A stretch of 63,043 nt of DNA, the filler included. It is 5 parts of 5 records of this genome, joined end to end, with 100 filler letters (N's around TTAATTAATTAA, not from the genome) between each part and the next. Parts side by side here need not be neighbours in the genome. Positions count along the whole stretch, not along the records: positions 17,455 to 25,636 come from DRR378314_2477; positions 25,737 to 35,207 come from DRR378314_2478; positions 35,308 to 53,111 come from DRR378314_2480; 2 more parts are not named here. One strand, written 5' to 3'. How positions within the stretch are numbered: position 1 is the stretch's first letter; each line of letters starts with the position of its first letter. The notes under the pieces are model-generated. The model did not search any database, had not been told where the DNA came from, and worked only from the letters and a program-made list of their open reading frames with translations. Shown here piece after piece: positions 25,609 to 43,031 of this stretch. Both the position numbers and the translations under genes were made by a program.

Positions 25609-25636
25609 GTGCGCTGCCGCTCAGGCAGCTCAGAAA
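25609..25636 (+). CRISPR. First 28-nt type I-F repeat; the rest of the array is lost at the contig end
   Basis: GTGCGCTGCCGCTCAGGCAGCTCAGAAA has the CTGCC/GGCAG stem, a 5-nt loop and a GAAA end, like the canonical GTTCACTGCCGTATAGGCAGCTAAGAAA. It lies directly after the leader. Confidence 0.92.
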
Positions 25637-25736
25637 NNNNNNNNNNNNNNNNNNNNNNNNNNNNNNNNNNNNNNNNNNNNTTAATTAATTAANNNNNNNN
25701 NNNNNNNNNNNNNNNNNNNNNNNNNNNNNNNNNNNN
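25637..25736. other. Artificial contig spacer
   Basis: 44 N + TTAATTAATTAA + 44 N. Confidence 0.99.
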
Positions 25737-25762
25737 CTCTCTCTCTCTCTCTCTCTCTCTCT
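25737..25762. repeat. (CT)n microsatellite at the contig start
   Basis: An uninterrupted CT dinucleotide run, which probably caused the assembly break. Confidence 0.9.
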
Positions 25763-25989
25763 GCGGAAAGGAGACGGGACTGTTGCGGCTCGTGAGGAAC
25801 AATGTCATATCAGCATACGATTTCCGAGTCCGGAGCAATCTTCTTTTTTCGCTTCACTTCGTACTACTCCCACTGTGTGCATGAATCGGGATTTGTGACG
25901 TTATTCGCGTGTGAATCCTGTTCGATCGCAATCCTCGCGTTGCTTCTGCGCAGAACGCGGTCAGTCTTCGCTTATTTTGCGCGCAGTAG

Positions 25990-26243
25990 GTACTTCCGCT
26001 GCGGAATCCGAGCTCCACGGCGTCAACCTCGACAACCTGAATAGCACTCTCTCGAGCGCTATCAACTTCCGCACAAGCGCAACACTCGCTCTTCCCGTGA
26101 TGCTCGAAAAGCATCTCGCTGTTCTCATCCCTCTTCCGGCGGGGATTGACGCGCAGCACGTGTGGAACGACGTGAGAGCCGAGTCCGAACGCGTGTTCCG
26201 AATCCACATCAAACACGCCGCAGGCTGTCGCTGCGGATGGTAA
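25990..26243 (+). CDS. Probable terminal exon of an unidentified eukaryotic gene
   Basis: An acceptor-like GCAGTAG is followed by an open frame ...LEKHLAVLIPLPAGIDAQHVWNDVRAESERVFRIHIKHAAGCRCGW*. No family was recognised. Confidence 0.35.
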
Positions 26244-27440
26244 ATGCATGCTGCTGTACGATGCGCAGCTACCTCAATGATGCTCGAAAGAATAATGTCG
26301 TGCAGAAGGAAATAGGTCGAAAATGCAGCGAGAACGTAGCGTGTGGGCCGCTCGAAAGCTCGTTCCTGCTAATTGCGAGGAGATCCCACTTTTTCCTATT
26401 CACTCCTTAATTCTCTATCTTTCATACATTCAGTGCGAAATGGGAAATAAATACGCGGGGAGATTTACAGTCGACCTATTTCCTCAACCGATCCTACACG
26501 GATACTGAAGTGTCGTTTCCTTTGGAATTCGCTGGATTTTGCGTTTTGGAAGCCAGGAACATGTCTTGGACAAGATGCAAAGCTATGGAAATGGCAAGCA
26601 CAGCTCGCGGAAAGCGAGAGAGGAGAAGCGCGCGTGATAGAAATGCGGGCGATTGCGCTCCCCTCGCAGAACAGTCACGCAGAGAGCAGGAGATACGGCG
26701 CTATCTCGTCTTCGCAGCGCCGACCAACGTGCAACGCAACTCCGCACCGCCTTCGTTCCACACCTGCGCACGGCTATCGAAATCAACGGGTCATTTGAAT
26801 GAGAAACGGTGCGAGCGTGTGGAATGTGGCGCGTCAGCGACCGCTGGATCGGCCTCGCCTGCGCGCAGACGCCAATCCGGTTCCAGCGAACAAGCGCCTC
26901 TTTGATTCTCTTCCGTGTGCGGAAACGAGATGAACTAGATGAAAGCTAGGTTGAGGAAATTCCGCAAAAGGCTATGCGTAGCTTTCATTTTCGCCGCACA
27001 AAGAACAAAACACACAAATAAACGTTCGCTGGACGATGTCTATTCTGCAACAGCACAGATACTTCTGCTCGTTCGCCTTCGTCACCCAGAGAAACCAACT
27101 ACCATTAGTAAACTCTTGCTCTCATTCACACGTTTGCACTCCGTTTCGCCTGAAAGTTCTCGTCAGCGCGCGCACGCGCGCAATGGTGAGCGGTTTCCGG
27201 TTGCTGGCCGTCATGTCCATCCCGCAGTCTCGACAACTCTGCGACGTCCGTTTCTTCCAGCTGTCCGTTGTGTTACCAACGGTAATCCCGTGACGAGCCA
27301 ATTGAAAACGGATTCCGAGCTCACTCGTTCGTCCTCTTCCACTTTCCCCACTTGACTCTCCCCGATTCTTCCATAATTCAACATCGTATGCACATGCAAA
27401 AAAAAACGATCGGCGTCGAGATTACGAGAAACCTCACCAG

Positions 27441-31960
<4,520 letters not shown>

Positions 31961-34900
31961 GGTGAGGGAGATGGAGGAGGACACGCTCGCTCGGCGGCGC
32001 GCACACAGGTGTCGGGCGTGCGAGGGAAACAACACGGACAGGGGGGTGGGGCGCTGCGCGGCCGCGTGCGACCGGCCGCGACAGCGCGCCTGTTGCGCGG
32101 AATCAAGGGCACGGTCCATACCCAACACCGTGCAATATATACGAGTATCAATTCATAAAATCAATCCAAGTATATATTTGAACAGGATTTCCAATTGTAT
32201 TAGCGTCGCAGGTCTGTGGAAAGATATATGGGATAGGCCCTAGTCATTCTTCATTTCGGGTACAAGCGGTGAGGTAGGGGTACACCTTGGGAATTGCAGG
32301 TCGGGAAATTACGTTGCTGATGACCAGAATGCTCGTACAAGCTTCATCAGCCAACGTCGTACACGGTTTTGTTTCGGCTGCTACTGACGGAACGCATGTG
32401 TGGAGCGCGACGACGTTTAACTCACGCCACCGGTATTGGAAATCCTCATGGCCGCGGTGCATCGTACGGCATTTTTGTGCGTTGCAAAGACAGCTGTGCA
32501 CTGTGTTCCGGCACATGAGCTCGCGGTTTAATGGTCGTTGGCGCAGAGCAACTGCTCTCCGCCGACGACAACGACGCTGGACTGGACTCTTCACGCAGCG
32601 TTGCAGACACGTGGGTAGAGCAGTGGCATCGCTTTGAGTATCAGAACGCAAGAACAAGCAGTCGATGCACTCGCTCAGATTGCGGGGCGCGAGAGTGTCT
32701 GTACACGTTGCGTAGAGTATTCGTGCTGTGTCGGATTATTTTCGCAGTAAGACCGCGTCACATTGCGCATAGCATGGCAACGCATACGTGTAAACAATTC
32801 CACTCCAATTCTTCGTAGCGTACACTGGTGAGAAAGTTTAAGCGCCAAACGGCACACGCTTGAAAGCGCGCTTTGGAAGAGCAAATTATTGCTGAACAGG
32901 AAGAGAGCAAAGCTCACTCTGCTGTGCGGTCCTTTGAGTCATGGCTCACATGCTAGGTTCGTAGCTCGCATCCCGCGCTGCGCATGGCGAGAGAGCGTTT
33001 CCTCTGCGACGCGCTGAGGAGCCGGACGTCGCCCTACGCACTGCACAAGAAGAAGGCACTGACATGCAGCTTATTCACATCGTTGCTGGGGGACAGAGCT
33101 TTTTACGGGTGCGGGAAAGGGGTGCGAGCTGCATGCGCGCGCTGTGGGGGCTGCGAGAGGGCCCAGGCGCAGTTGGGAACGTCGAGCGGACTCTACGGTC
33201 CCACTCGGCGGGGTGTCCCTCTTTCAGTGCTTCCCGGCGACTCACCGTTGCGCGCGCGCAGGTGCGGCTGCTTTTCTCCCACGTGGACGCTCTGGCGGAC
33301 GAGCACAGGCACGAGCGAGAAGAAGCGAGTCTTGACCCTTACCTTTCCCGCTGGCGTATCAGCTGGAGTACGTACGTTGGTGCAGCGTGCTTTCTTATAA
33401 GTTCCGGTTTGCGGGCAACTTTGGCGCGTGTTTCGGCACTCGGCTGGCGTGTCTCTCTTTCTCCACAGCGCCCGTTTCGAGCGAGGGCGAGGGCGAGCAG
33501 AGCGCTGGCTCTTTCTGTGTGTGTACTTTTCCCGTTTTCGAACTTCCTGCAATTTGCTGTATCATACACAGTTGTGCATGCTTCTGTGCAGTGTGCTGTA
33601 TCGTAGCGAGCCATCGCGTCGTGTCGTGTAGGGACGGTGCTTACAGGGCTGCTGGTGCAGCAGGTAGTCGGACAAGGGATTTTCGGCGCTTTCAAAGGGG
33701 CCTGGGTGCTCCTCCTACCGGCGCCGATACACGAATGCCAGCTGCGTCACGCACAAACGCACACACGCGCACAGAGCAGCAAACGCCGGTAGCGAACCAC
33801 GCCGCAGGATCTGTTGTTCTTTTCAGCAGAAAGAATGCCATTCAAGAAAGTAACATATTCGCTCACGTCGGTACTTCGTTGTTGGAGCGTTGGCTACCGG
33901 CTCTGTGGCGCACCTGGCGATAGACTTGGCGACTACGATGGGTAGTTTTCGCTCAGTGTAGCAGCGGACAACGCTGGAGAACCGAACGATTCGTGGACGG
34001 CAAACTGGTCAGCGCGGTCTATGGCAGCCGCGCTGACACGGCGATCCCGCGCGGAGGCGGAAGCGGACCCTGAGCGTAGGAGGGGGACGTGCGCCGCACC
34101 ATACATATACATATTTCGAGTTTCACGCTCCGGCCGTGACACCCTAACTCTCTGGAGACGAGTTTAGGTACTCAAGATGCAGGCCGTGCTTGTAAAAGGA
34201 GCAGCAGCGTAGTCTCAGTCTCGGAGCGGGCGAAGCAGGAAAACAAGAAAGCCTTCTTGCGGTCCTTTGGGAGCTGGTGGAGCTTGATGGGCTGTCGGCG
34301 CTGGCTCACGCGAGCGTTGGTTGCAGGAGAGCGCGAAGCAAGCACGCTCGCTCACGCGCGCAGTACAGAAGCGCCACACAAGCTACCCATGCAACCAGGA
34401 ATCGTCCAGATAGTACCACGTCATTCATTCGCGCGTTAGGCATCATTGTGAATACCTCAGTCGTGCAGCGCGCGCCAATGATAAGCGCGATCGCTGCGTC
34501 AGTAGCCGTCGAAGCGGCAATGGCTCGGTCGCTGGTTTCGCTCACAATTGCGTAGCGCTGGTGCGTGTGATGGATGGCGCGCACGCGGCGCTTCTTGCCG
34601 CGCTCAAAGGCATTGCGGCAAGGAGGCACGGGCGTTTTTCACCAACCCACTTCTTTCTTTGATTGGTAACCAGCGCACAAAGTTTAAAAGAATCGTTGCT
34701 CGCATTCCCTCTCGCAAGCATTTTATGCAACAGGTTTAAATACTTCGGTTGGTCGTGTGCACGTCGACGCGCTTGTGCTAAAGAAAGCAAGTTGCTGTGC
34801 AACGCAGCTCGGCGCCGCTCGCAAATGGTGATCGGTAGGCATTCCCTGGTTCTGAGAGTATTCGTTAGCAACGATGAAATCGTGGCAAAGCAGCTCAAAT

Positions 34901-35207
34901 GTGCTAGCGCTCCGTAAAGGGAAAGGGCTCTTTCTGAGATGCTGAAGAGAAGCTGGAAGAGAGAACTGCGGCGTAACAGTGGGCCTTCTTACTCGCATTG
35001 TCGGAGCGCTCCACCTCGTGTACACGGCGCAGTGTCCGGCACAAGCCCTTGCAAAGCGCATGCTTGCTTGCAATCGTCACACGAATCTGCCATTACGGCT
35101 ATATTATCGTAGTTAATGTATTTGTATGGAGGGGTGGGAGCACTGTGCGTGCGTGCAGTACATACAGCGACGAGGCATTCGTAGAGCTAGTGGCGGAAGT
35201 GGACGTG

Positions 35208-35307
35208 NNNNNNNNNNNNNNNNNNNNNNNNNNNNNNNNNNNNNNNNNNNNTTAATTAATTAANNNNNNNNNNNNNNNNNNNNNNNNNNNNNNNNNNNNN
35301 NNNNNNN
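35208..35307. other. Artificial contig spacer
   Basis: 44 N + TTAATTAATTAA + 44 N. Confidence 0.99.
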
Positions 35308-35715
35308 TCACGCAGCTTTTCCTTAATATACGTTGCAGTACAGTATAGCCGTACGCCGTACCTTGCTTTGGAGGGAGTGAGCATGCCCGCGACGCTTTTC
35401 AGCCAATTACGCACGCGCATTTCGGTTTCTGCACGAAATAGCACGCGGTAGAGATCCGCGGCAGACACAGCACACAGTACAGCTCAATCGCACGCGCGAT
35501 AGCGACATACTCGTAGGGCGCTTCTCCAATATCAGTTTCACCATCTGCTCCCTCCGTATCCTATCATGCTACTTGATGGTACACGCACTGTCTCACGGTC
35601 TTCCTTGATAAACGCGCGTTGACACGAGTCGCACATTCGCGAGCAAAAGAGCGCGACAAGAGCACCCAAGCCGCACATCGCTGGAGGAAGATACACATCG
35701 CAATCGATTCTCAGG

Positions 35716-38700
35716 TGAATTGGAGGCAATCATCACACGAGAAAACCAGAGTCCTCAGATTCGACACAATAATCGAGCGCAAATCGCTGCTGCTGCTGCT
35801 GCTGCTGCTGGGCGCGCACCTTGCATTTCACCGAGGTGCGTCACTGTGCACACGGAAACGTTTCCACCCTCGGTCCCAATCGCACACGAGCGCGAGTCGA
35901 CGACACATGCCGTGCTCGGTACTTCGCCATCAAGTGCAGCGATATCGAAGAGTTGCACACATCTACATATCACATCGCAACGTTCATTCTCGTGAGCGTA
36001 CGATCCACGGCAACTGTGCAGCAACGCAAGAGATTGGCGGGCCGCACATGAACGGGGAACGGGAGGCGAAAACTGTGCCCATCTGCTCGGCAAGGTGCCC
36101 ATTGCAAGCCATACCAATGCCGCTATGCGCCACTCTCTCACACAATGTAGATACTCGTCCACGCTTGGTATACTGAGTAAACTTTATGCCGCAGAAAACG
36201 GTATTGGGTAAGGGAAATTCTTTTCCCATGGGACGCACCGGGCAGCTTGTTCAGCGAACTGCACGGCGCCGTCTGAGGCCGCGGACGGCACCGGAATGTC
36301 GAAGTAGCACACTTTCCCAGATACAAGAAACACCCAGAAGACGTACGACGACTGCTCTGCATGGACAAGCACAGCGCTGCCATACGGGACGTGTCGAAAA
36401 GCATCAAGGCACGTAGCATCTGTGCTGTGAGTCACGTGCGGGGCCGGTGCAATCGCCACGGCGACACAGGGCGCCAGGCGGCGTTCCGCGCACGGCTGGG
36501 AAGCGCTGCGAGCGCGTTCGTAGGCTGGCGCGGCCCTCCAACGCCTCCGCTCGCCGGGAGCAGGCAGCGCTTGGCGCCTGGCGGACCAAAGAATACACAC
36601 CTATTACAGTCTGCAATTGCTTGAGGCATGTTGAAGATAACGCGGGTACTCGGCTGCTCTGCATCGGGGCAAACATCTGCGAGCTCGAGCGCGGTTCGGT
36701 ACGCTCGCCTGCGGAGGGGCAGAGCAACAGTGTGCGCAAACCCACGCGCGGGAGGTGAAAATACACTTCGAAAGGAACACGGCGGGGTTCCAACACGCAG
36801 ACTACATCTCTACGGGGTTCAGCGAGACACCCCTCTCTCCAAAGAATCCAACTTGCCAACAGTAATACGAATTCAGATGCACGCTGTACAAGACGGAGAC
36901 GCGGCGTGCGCGGGTCGGTCTCTAAGGAGCGCGCGAAACGGCTGCGCGACGGGCACACGCCAGCGCGCGAGCAGCTCCGGCGCCGCGCTCGCCAGCGGCG
37001 CCACGCGCGCGCAGCGGAAACAGAAAGCGCCCTGGCTGCGCGCGCGCACGAAATCCAACTGACTGTTCCTTCGTACGACAGGATGATGTATCCTATATAT
37101 CTCATCACATCAGCAGAGCCACATGGATTAAAAGAGGATACCGCTCGGCTGCGTGGCGGGCAAGCACGCTGAGGCGGGCGGAAGCCGGGAGAGAAAGCGC
37201 GCGAGCTACGCCCGACGCAGGCGACACAAAAGCGCGCACCGCTGCGCCGCGTCCTCGAGGAGGAGGCCGCCGCGGTGGCGCACCATCGCTCCTTACATGC
37301 ACCGCTATTGCTCTAACACCCATATTCGCCCGTATCAAAAGGCCGACGTACCATACAAGGCGATGTGTGCCGCCGGGGGCTGCGGCAGCGCCACCGAAGC
37401 GCGCGCGTCCGAGATCGCGCACGTGCAGCGGATCGGCGCCAGCCACGCCGTGCGACTCCGTCGCACGCGGATACTCGGTGAATACTTCGCGCAAAATTAC
37501 CATGTCTCACGATGCCCTTGGCTTGCAGCGGTCGCCAATATAAAGTACAGCGCCCACCTTATGGTCCTCACGATGAAGAAACGGAACCCTGGTCTTATGC
37601 AAGGCAGAAGAACGTCGCCGGCGTCCTTGCACCGGCAAGCCGCGCGAGAGTGGGTGGTCGCGAACAGCAATGCGCCGCACACGGCGTGCCAGAATGCCGG
37701 CAGAGCGCACAGGACGTCTGCGAACACAGCGGCGCGCAAAGCGGAAGGGGCGTGTACATTCCCCCCCGATGAGGGGAAAGCTCGTGTGACGCCCCACTTT
37801 GCGAACCAGTCGGCAGCCCCAACGCAGCTAACTTGGGCTGAAGGCGCTTCGATACCGCAAGGACCAAACGTTGGCACTGGTATAGTGCTGTTGCATATGG
37901 CATTGACAATGTGCAGATCTGAATACCCTCCCCCCCTCGATCGTGTCGGAAACTTGCGTAGTGCATGCGTGAAGCACTGCAAGTTCCAGTGCAGGTCTTG
38001 GCTCTCGTCTGGCAGACACATGGGATGCGCAGTATCCAGCCCTAGCATCGCAACGCGCACGCCATCGCACACGCCGCGTTTGCATCGGGTGAGCGACTGT
38101 GCGCACGTATCACAGCCAAATGCTGAACGCTCGCAGGCCGCGGCCTTGCATTTGCAAATGGGCGAAGCGACTCCAAAGAGGCAGTCAGGGATTCCGATCC
38201 GGCTTGTAATCGAGTCCTCGCTGCTCTGGGAAGCAGCGGGAGTTACAGTGCCAACTGCTTCCATCGAAGCGGTCATCCGCGCGTTCCGCAATGCCCACAA
38301 ACAGATTCCTGCGCGGCGGCACGAGAAGACGCCGCGTGCAGAAGACCTTGCCGTGTTTGACGATTCCTCAAGGGTGCGCGTTGTAGACGTTGCATTTATT
38401 CGCGCGGGCGAAAAATCCGAACCAGTTCGACTGCGCGTTGAGCTGTCTACGTTTCGTACGTTGTTCGCACGGCGCAGAGCCGTACTTGCGCTAGCGCTGG
38501 ACTGCGCTGCTGGCACGCGGCGCGCTCTTGTGCAAACCGATGGGCAAGAGTCGGCCTTTCATTTGGCGCTCGCACGTTGATCGCATGTGATACGCTGGAT
38601 GATGACACTGCAGAAGTAACCAGAGAATCGACCGTTCTTTGGTACCCAGCTCGCACGCGTTCGCCAGGACGAGGAGGTTTGCTTCCCTATGATGGACGAC

Positions 38701-39427
38701 CTCCCGTCCGGTTGCGGTCAACTCACCCGCTTGGCCCGCACCGGCGCCATTTCCACCCGGGTATATGTCCACGCAAGCGACGCAATTGTCCCCTAAATCT
38801 GCGCCTTTGCTCCGGCGTACTTTCTTTGCACATCTGTCGTCTTGGTTCGATTGATATTTGTGCCTCGCAGGGTACTCGATGAAGAGGCGAGCGCCGACTC
38901 TGCGCGACCTCGAGCTTGCGCTTTCGCTTGGCTGGCGACCTCCGCCGCGCGACGGCGAGCCCTCCGTTGGCGTAGCTGACGCTGCAGCGAAGGCCGCTGT
39001 TGCGCAGGTTGAGACAATCCAAAGCGCCGATAAATTACGACATGCACCTACGCTGTATCAAGAAGCGCCTCGGGAGGCGGAAAGCGGCCCGCGAGCTGTT
39101 GCGCACGTGATGGAAACTAAACGGCGTCGCCGTGACGTAGGGACGACGCACGCCACGACGCCGGAGCAGCGTCTCCGTCTTGCGATAGAGCGCGAACACC
39201 AATCGCAAGGCCTCGCCAAATCGACGCGCTGGATGGACCAGACGCTTCGCCGAGCAGCTGAGATCGATCCCAAGTATGCAAGCAAGTGTCGAAATGTGCA
39301 AGAACTGATGGAGCAGGCTAAGATAATCTGCCGCACGAGCCGTCCATCAGCGGGCGTGGCGCTTCAAATCGCGCGGGAAACGCCATTGCCATGCAATCCC
39401 ACCGCCGCTGGAGATGGCGTCCGATAA
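35716..39427 (+). CDS. Probable multi-exon hypothetical eukaryotic gene or genes; structure uncertain
   Basis: Several AG-bounded open segments lie on + (about 35716-35835, 36322-36408, 36563-36644, 38140-38455 and 38871-39427). No recognisable domain. Confidence 0.3.
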
Positions 39428-39987
39428 ATGCGTGCGACAAGCAATAGGAGGAAATGCGAAGGGGGAAACTGTGTAGCTCTCCCAGCTGGCGGCATCGGAG
39501 CTTGCCTTCCTCGGTCTTTGGAGATCGCGGGGTCGCTTGCACCTCGAGCACGAATCTCTGCTGCGTAAACGTGCGTACCTCATGAGCAGCCGTAGCCGCG
39601 CTCTTCGCGTACACGCCTGGTAGCTTTCACGAGCGGTCAACACCACTTCAGCTGCGTAAAACGCTTGCGCTGCGTGCAAAGGGACTCGTGCATGTATACC
39701 CGCGCTGATTGCGCCCTGCACCATTTGTATTGATATAAATCAGAATACACAGTACCGACAACGAAAGGGCCTTGACAGAAAAGTCGTGACCTCCGCTTCC
39801 TTATTTCAGCAGATACACTACTGCTGGCAACAAAAGCACAAACAAAGTCGAAAGATCGCCGGAAAACGGGATGTGGCGGCACATCCGCTCTCGGCAAGCA
39901 TTATGGCCGCCGTCGCCGCCGCGGCACGTCTCACCCTGAGAGCGCGCCAGCACCGCGGTAGCCTCTCGGCAAGTCTGCCAGCATTGA

Positions 39988-42120
39988 TCACGCCTTGCCG
40001 TCGTATTCATCAAAGAATTGCTGCAAAAACTGCTCCATGAAAGCGTGTCGTCCTTCCGCACGCTTTCTGCCTGCTGCGGTCTTCATCCGATCCTTGAGAG
40101 TAAGCAGCTTTTCGTAACTGCGAGTAAATCAGCAGTGGTAGAAACGCGTGTGTTCCGGCCGCACGTATACACACGGTTAGCGGCTACAAAATAGATTTGC
40201 AGTTTGACATTTTCGCATTCCTATACATGGTTTCTACTGCAGTTGAGAAAAAAAAGGAGCTATGGTCGTGCTGAGCAGTGCGCGAAGCGTGGAATGGGAA
40301 CGAACAAGTCAGGTTACTCCAGCTGGCACAAGCGCAGCTACGCCTGAGAAAAAGAAAAAAAACACCAACACAAAACGCACAAGTGCGCAATCGTTGATAC
40401 GCCGTGGCCCTGCATGTAATCCTCTTTTGTCATATTTTCGCGAGGCCGTTCGGATGGATCGTACATGAGGCGCTTCTGCAGGTGCGATAAACGATGCCGG
40501 GCACCAGCGGGCAACAGTTGAGGAAACGCTCAGCGACAATGCCGACAGTCTCCCCGGACGAGGTGTTGCCTTCTCAACCACGAGGAACAGGCGAGTTTCC
40601 ACCGAGAAACGCACGAGATGACAATTACAATACTCTGTGCGGAGACAAACACACGCAAACATTAGCCTGCAGGAAGGGGGAAGCAGCAGACGAAGGATAC
40701 TACAAAGGCTTTCGCGCAACAACAGGGTCGCGACGATCGTGCGTGTAACGCCAGAGCTGGCAAGGAAACGCGAACGCGCAAGCGCAACGCGGAAACCAGT
40801 CGGTATTCCCTTACAAACGGGCCACGTGCTGACAAACAAAAAAAAGCAGTGCACGTAGCTCATCAGTCGCTGTGATACACACCTTGGCCCCAGAGTAGGC
40901 AAACGTTCGTCCAATGCCAATGGCCCCGATCGCATCCAGGCGATCTGCGTCCTGCACGACAGCTAGCTCCGGGAAGATCTCGACCTTTCCGTTGCTCTGA
41001 AGCGCACGCAACGGGATGAACGGAAAGAGCAGCTCGTCACTGTCAGAGTGGCTCTCACCCTGGGCGCGGCGCCGTATAGCTACCCGCGAATGGGGAATAC
41101 GAAATGTTCTATTTGGCAAAGGAACGTACACGGAGCTCATCCTTGAACGACATGTTGCTCATGATGGTGACCACCATCTCGACTTTCTCCGCATCGTAAT
41201 TCTGCTCCGTCAAGAACGCCCGCACTGCTTCGGGTCCCGCAGTGTCGCTGCAATCCCCACAACAAGCGTATGCAGCAGGGCGCGCGGCAACGAGCGATTC
41301 TTACCACCCAGAGTTGCAATATTCTGCTACAACCATTTTTACAAAAACCTTTGCACGTACATCTCGTGAAAAAGAAGGAAAAGCAGGCTTCCCCGAACGT
41401 AGCTGCGAATGAGAGGGCTGCGGCGACTGGAAGCGCGCGTCGTTCCGCCAGCACGCACCTCCCGCTGTACTTCCAGTCCTTCACATCGTGCAGCAGCGCG
41501 GCGAGCTCGACCACCTCGCAGGATGCCGGCGACAGGCCTTCTTCCGCAGCAAGTGAGCGAGCAGTGTTTGCAACACGTACAACATGCGTGTAGTCGTGCG
41601 AAGGATCGAGCGCGCGCATCTACAGGGGCGCCCGTTGAAACCGCAACGCACAGCAGCGAACGCGCGAGCACAAGTCAGCAACGCGCACGGAATCCGCGAA
41701 GCGCCGCGGCGCGCTGCTTGCTTGGCACGGAAAAGCAGCACTATACCCAAGACTCCAACCCAATATGAGCGCTGAAGCAATTACCCGCTATTTCATCCAG
41801 ATATTCTCGGGCATTTAACCGCAGACGAAAGACGAAATCGGAATAAGGGTGTGCAGGCAAGGCGCTCCGAGTGAGTCGACTTTGGCAAGCTGCGCGCGGG
41901 GAAGCGCTACCGAGCCACCGCAGCGTTGCGCGGCACACGCGCAACGCAGGCTGAGACTCGGACGCCAAGTAACGCGGTGCGGGAAAAGGTACTACCATGG
42001 AGGCCCCTTTGCCAATATTACAGAGTCCTACGACTTCGCACGTACTTCTTCTTCGGCAAACTTGCGCGCAGCGGCCACGATCGGCGATGCCGGAGCAGGC
42101 TGTGCGTCCTCGTTCAGCAT
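39988..42120 (-). CDS. HD-domain metal-dependent phosphohydrolase (YpgQ-like), about 6 exons
   Basis: The spliced motifs are [76 protein letters not shown] and [16 protein letters not shown] junctions are phase-compatible. The start codon is inferred. Confidence 0.88.
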
Positions 42121-43031
42121 CTGCACGAGCACGTCCGGGGCGGCATGCGCACACGTGTACGCCTCCTCTGCGTTAGCGGGAAGCACGCAGGAGCGCCGCA
42201 CGCCAGGCACTTCTTCCGCGCGCGACGCGTTCCTCGTCGGTCTCGACAACGACGCGGCAAGCTTCGCGCGCGCAACTTGTCATACATTACAAGACACAGG
42301 ATGCTCCTCGCATACATCAAAGAGCATGTATGGCTAGCAATTCCCAGCCTGTCAGACCGTGCTCGCCGCGCGCAGGTTCGTGGTTGCGATCGCACGCGCC
42401 GCAGCATTCCGCAGTCGAGCGACGCGCGGAGCAACACTCACCGTGCACACGCAGCTGCAACTGACAGAAAGAGATGGCATTCCACCCACAAGGACACTAC
42501 GGATAGCGAACGCGCGCAAAACTACGCAACATACCTTTTCGTCGATGGAATAGTAATGAGCAGACGGTGCGGCGATCGGGGGAGCCGGGTACTTCTGCCG
42601 TGGGAGCAGACACGCGCTCGAGCGAACAGGAAGCAGCGCCGGTGGCTCGGAAAGCGCAACGGGTGCGAAGCTGTGCGTGCGCGTGCGCAGGGGCAAAGCG
42701 CGCTGCCACCGCGGGAAAGGGTTCGTGGAATTTCGCAGACTCGTGAGCCCTCACCCCAACCAGTTCACTCCGTTTCGTGTTGGCGTCGACAGCTGCGCAC
42801 CGGCGAGCGGGCGCGCCACAGGAGGACAAGAAGCAGCATGCAGCTGTTGTATTTTATTCAGTTCATAATATTTGTGCGAGACGACATACGCAAAGAAATC
42901 GAATGTGCCACAGGCGGTCCGCAGGGAACGCGGACAAAGGAAAACGAGCGCTCCAAAGAGGCCACCAACGGCTGCAGGTACAAAGCCTCCGTTTCTCTGC
43001 AGCCAAGGCGTGGGAAGAAAGCGCGCCAGTC

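Noticed and set aside
17355..25736. A CRISPR-Cas system horizontally transferred into a eukaryotic genome
   Set aside because: The locus is bounded on both sides by artificial spacers and has purely bacterial organisation, so the adjacency is a concatenation artefact.
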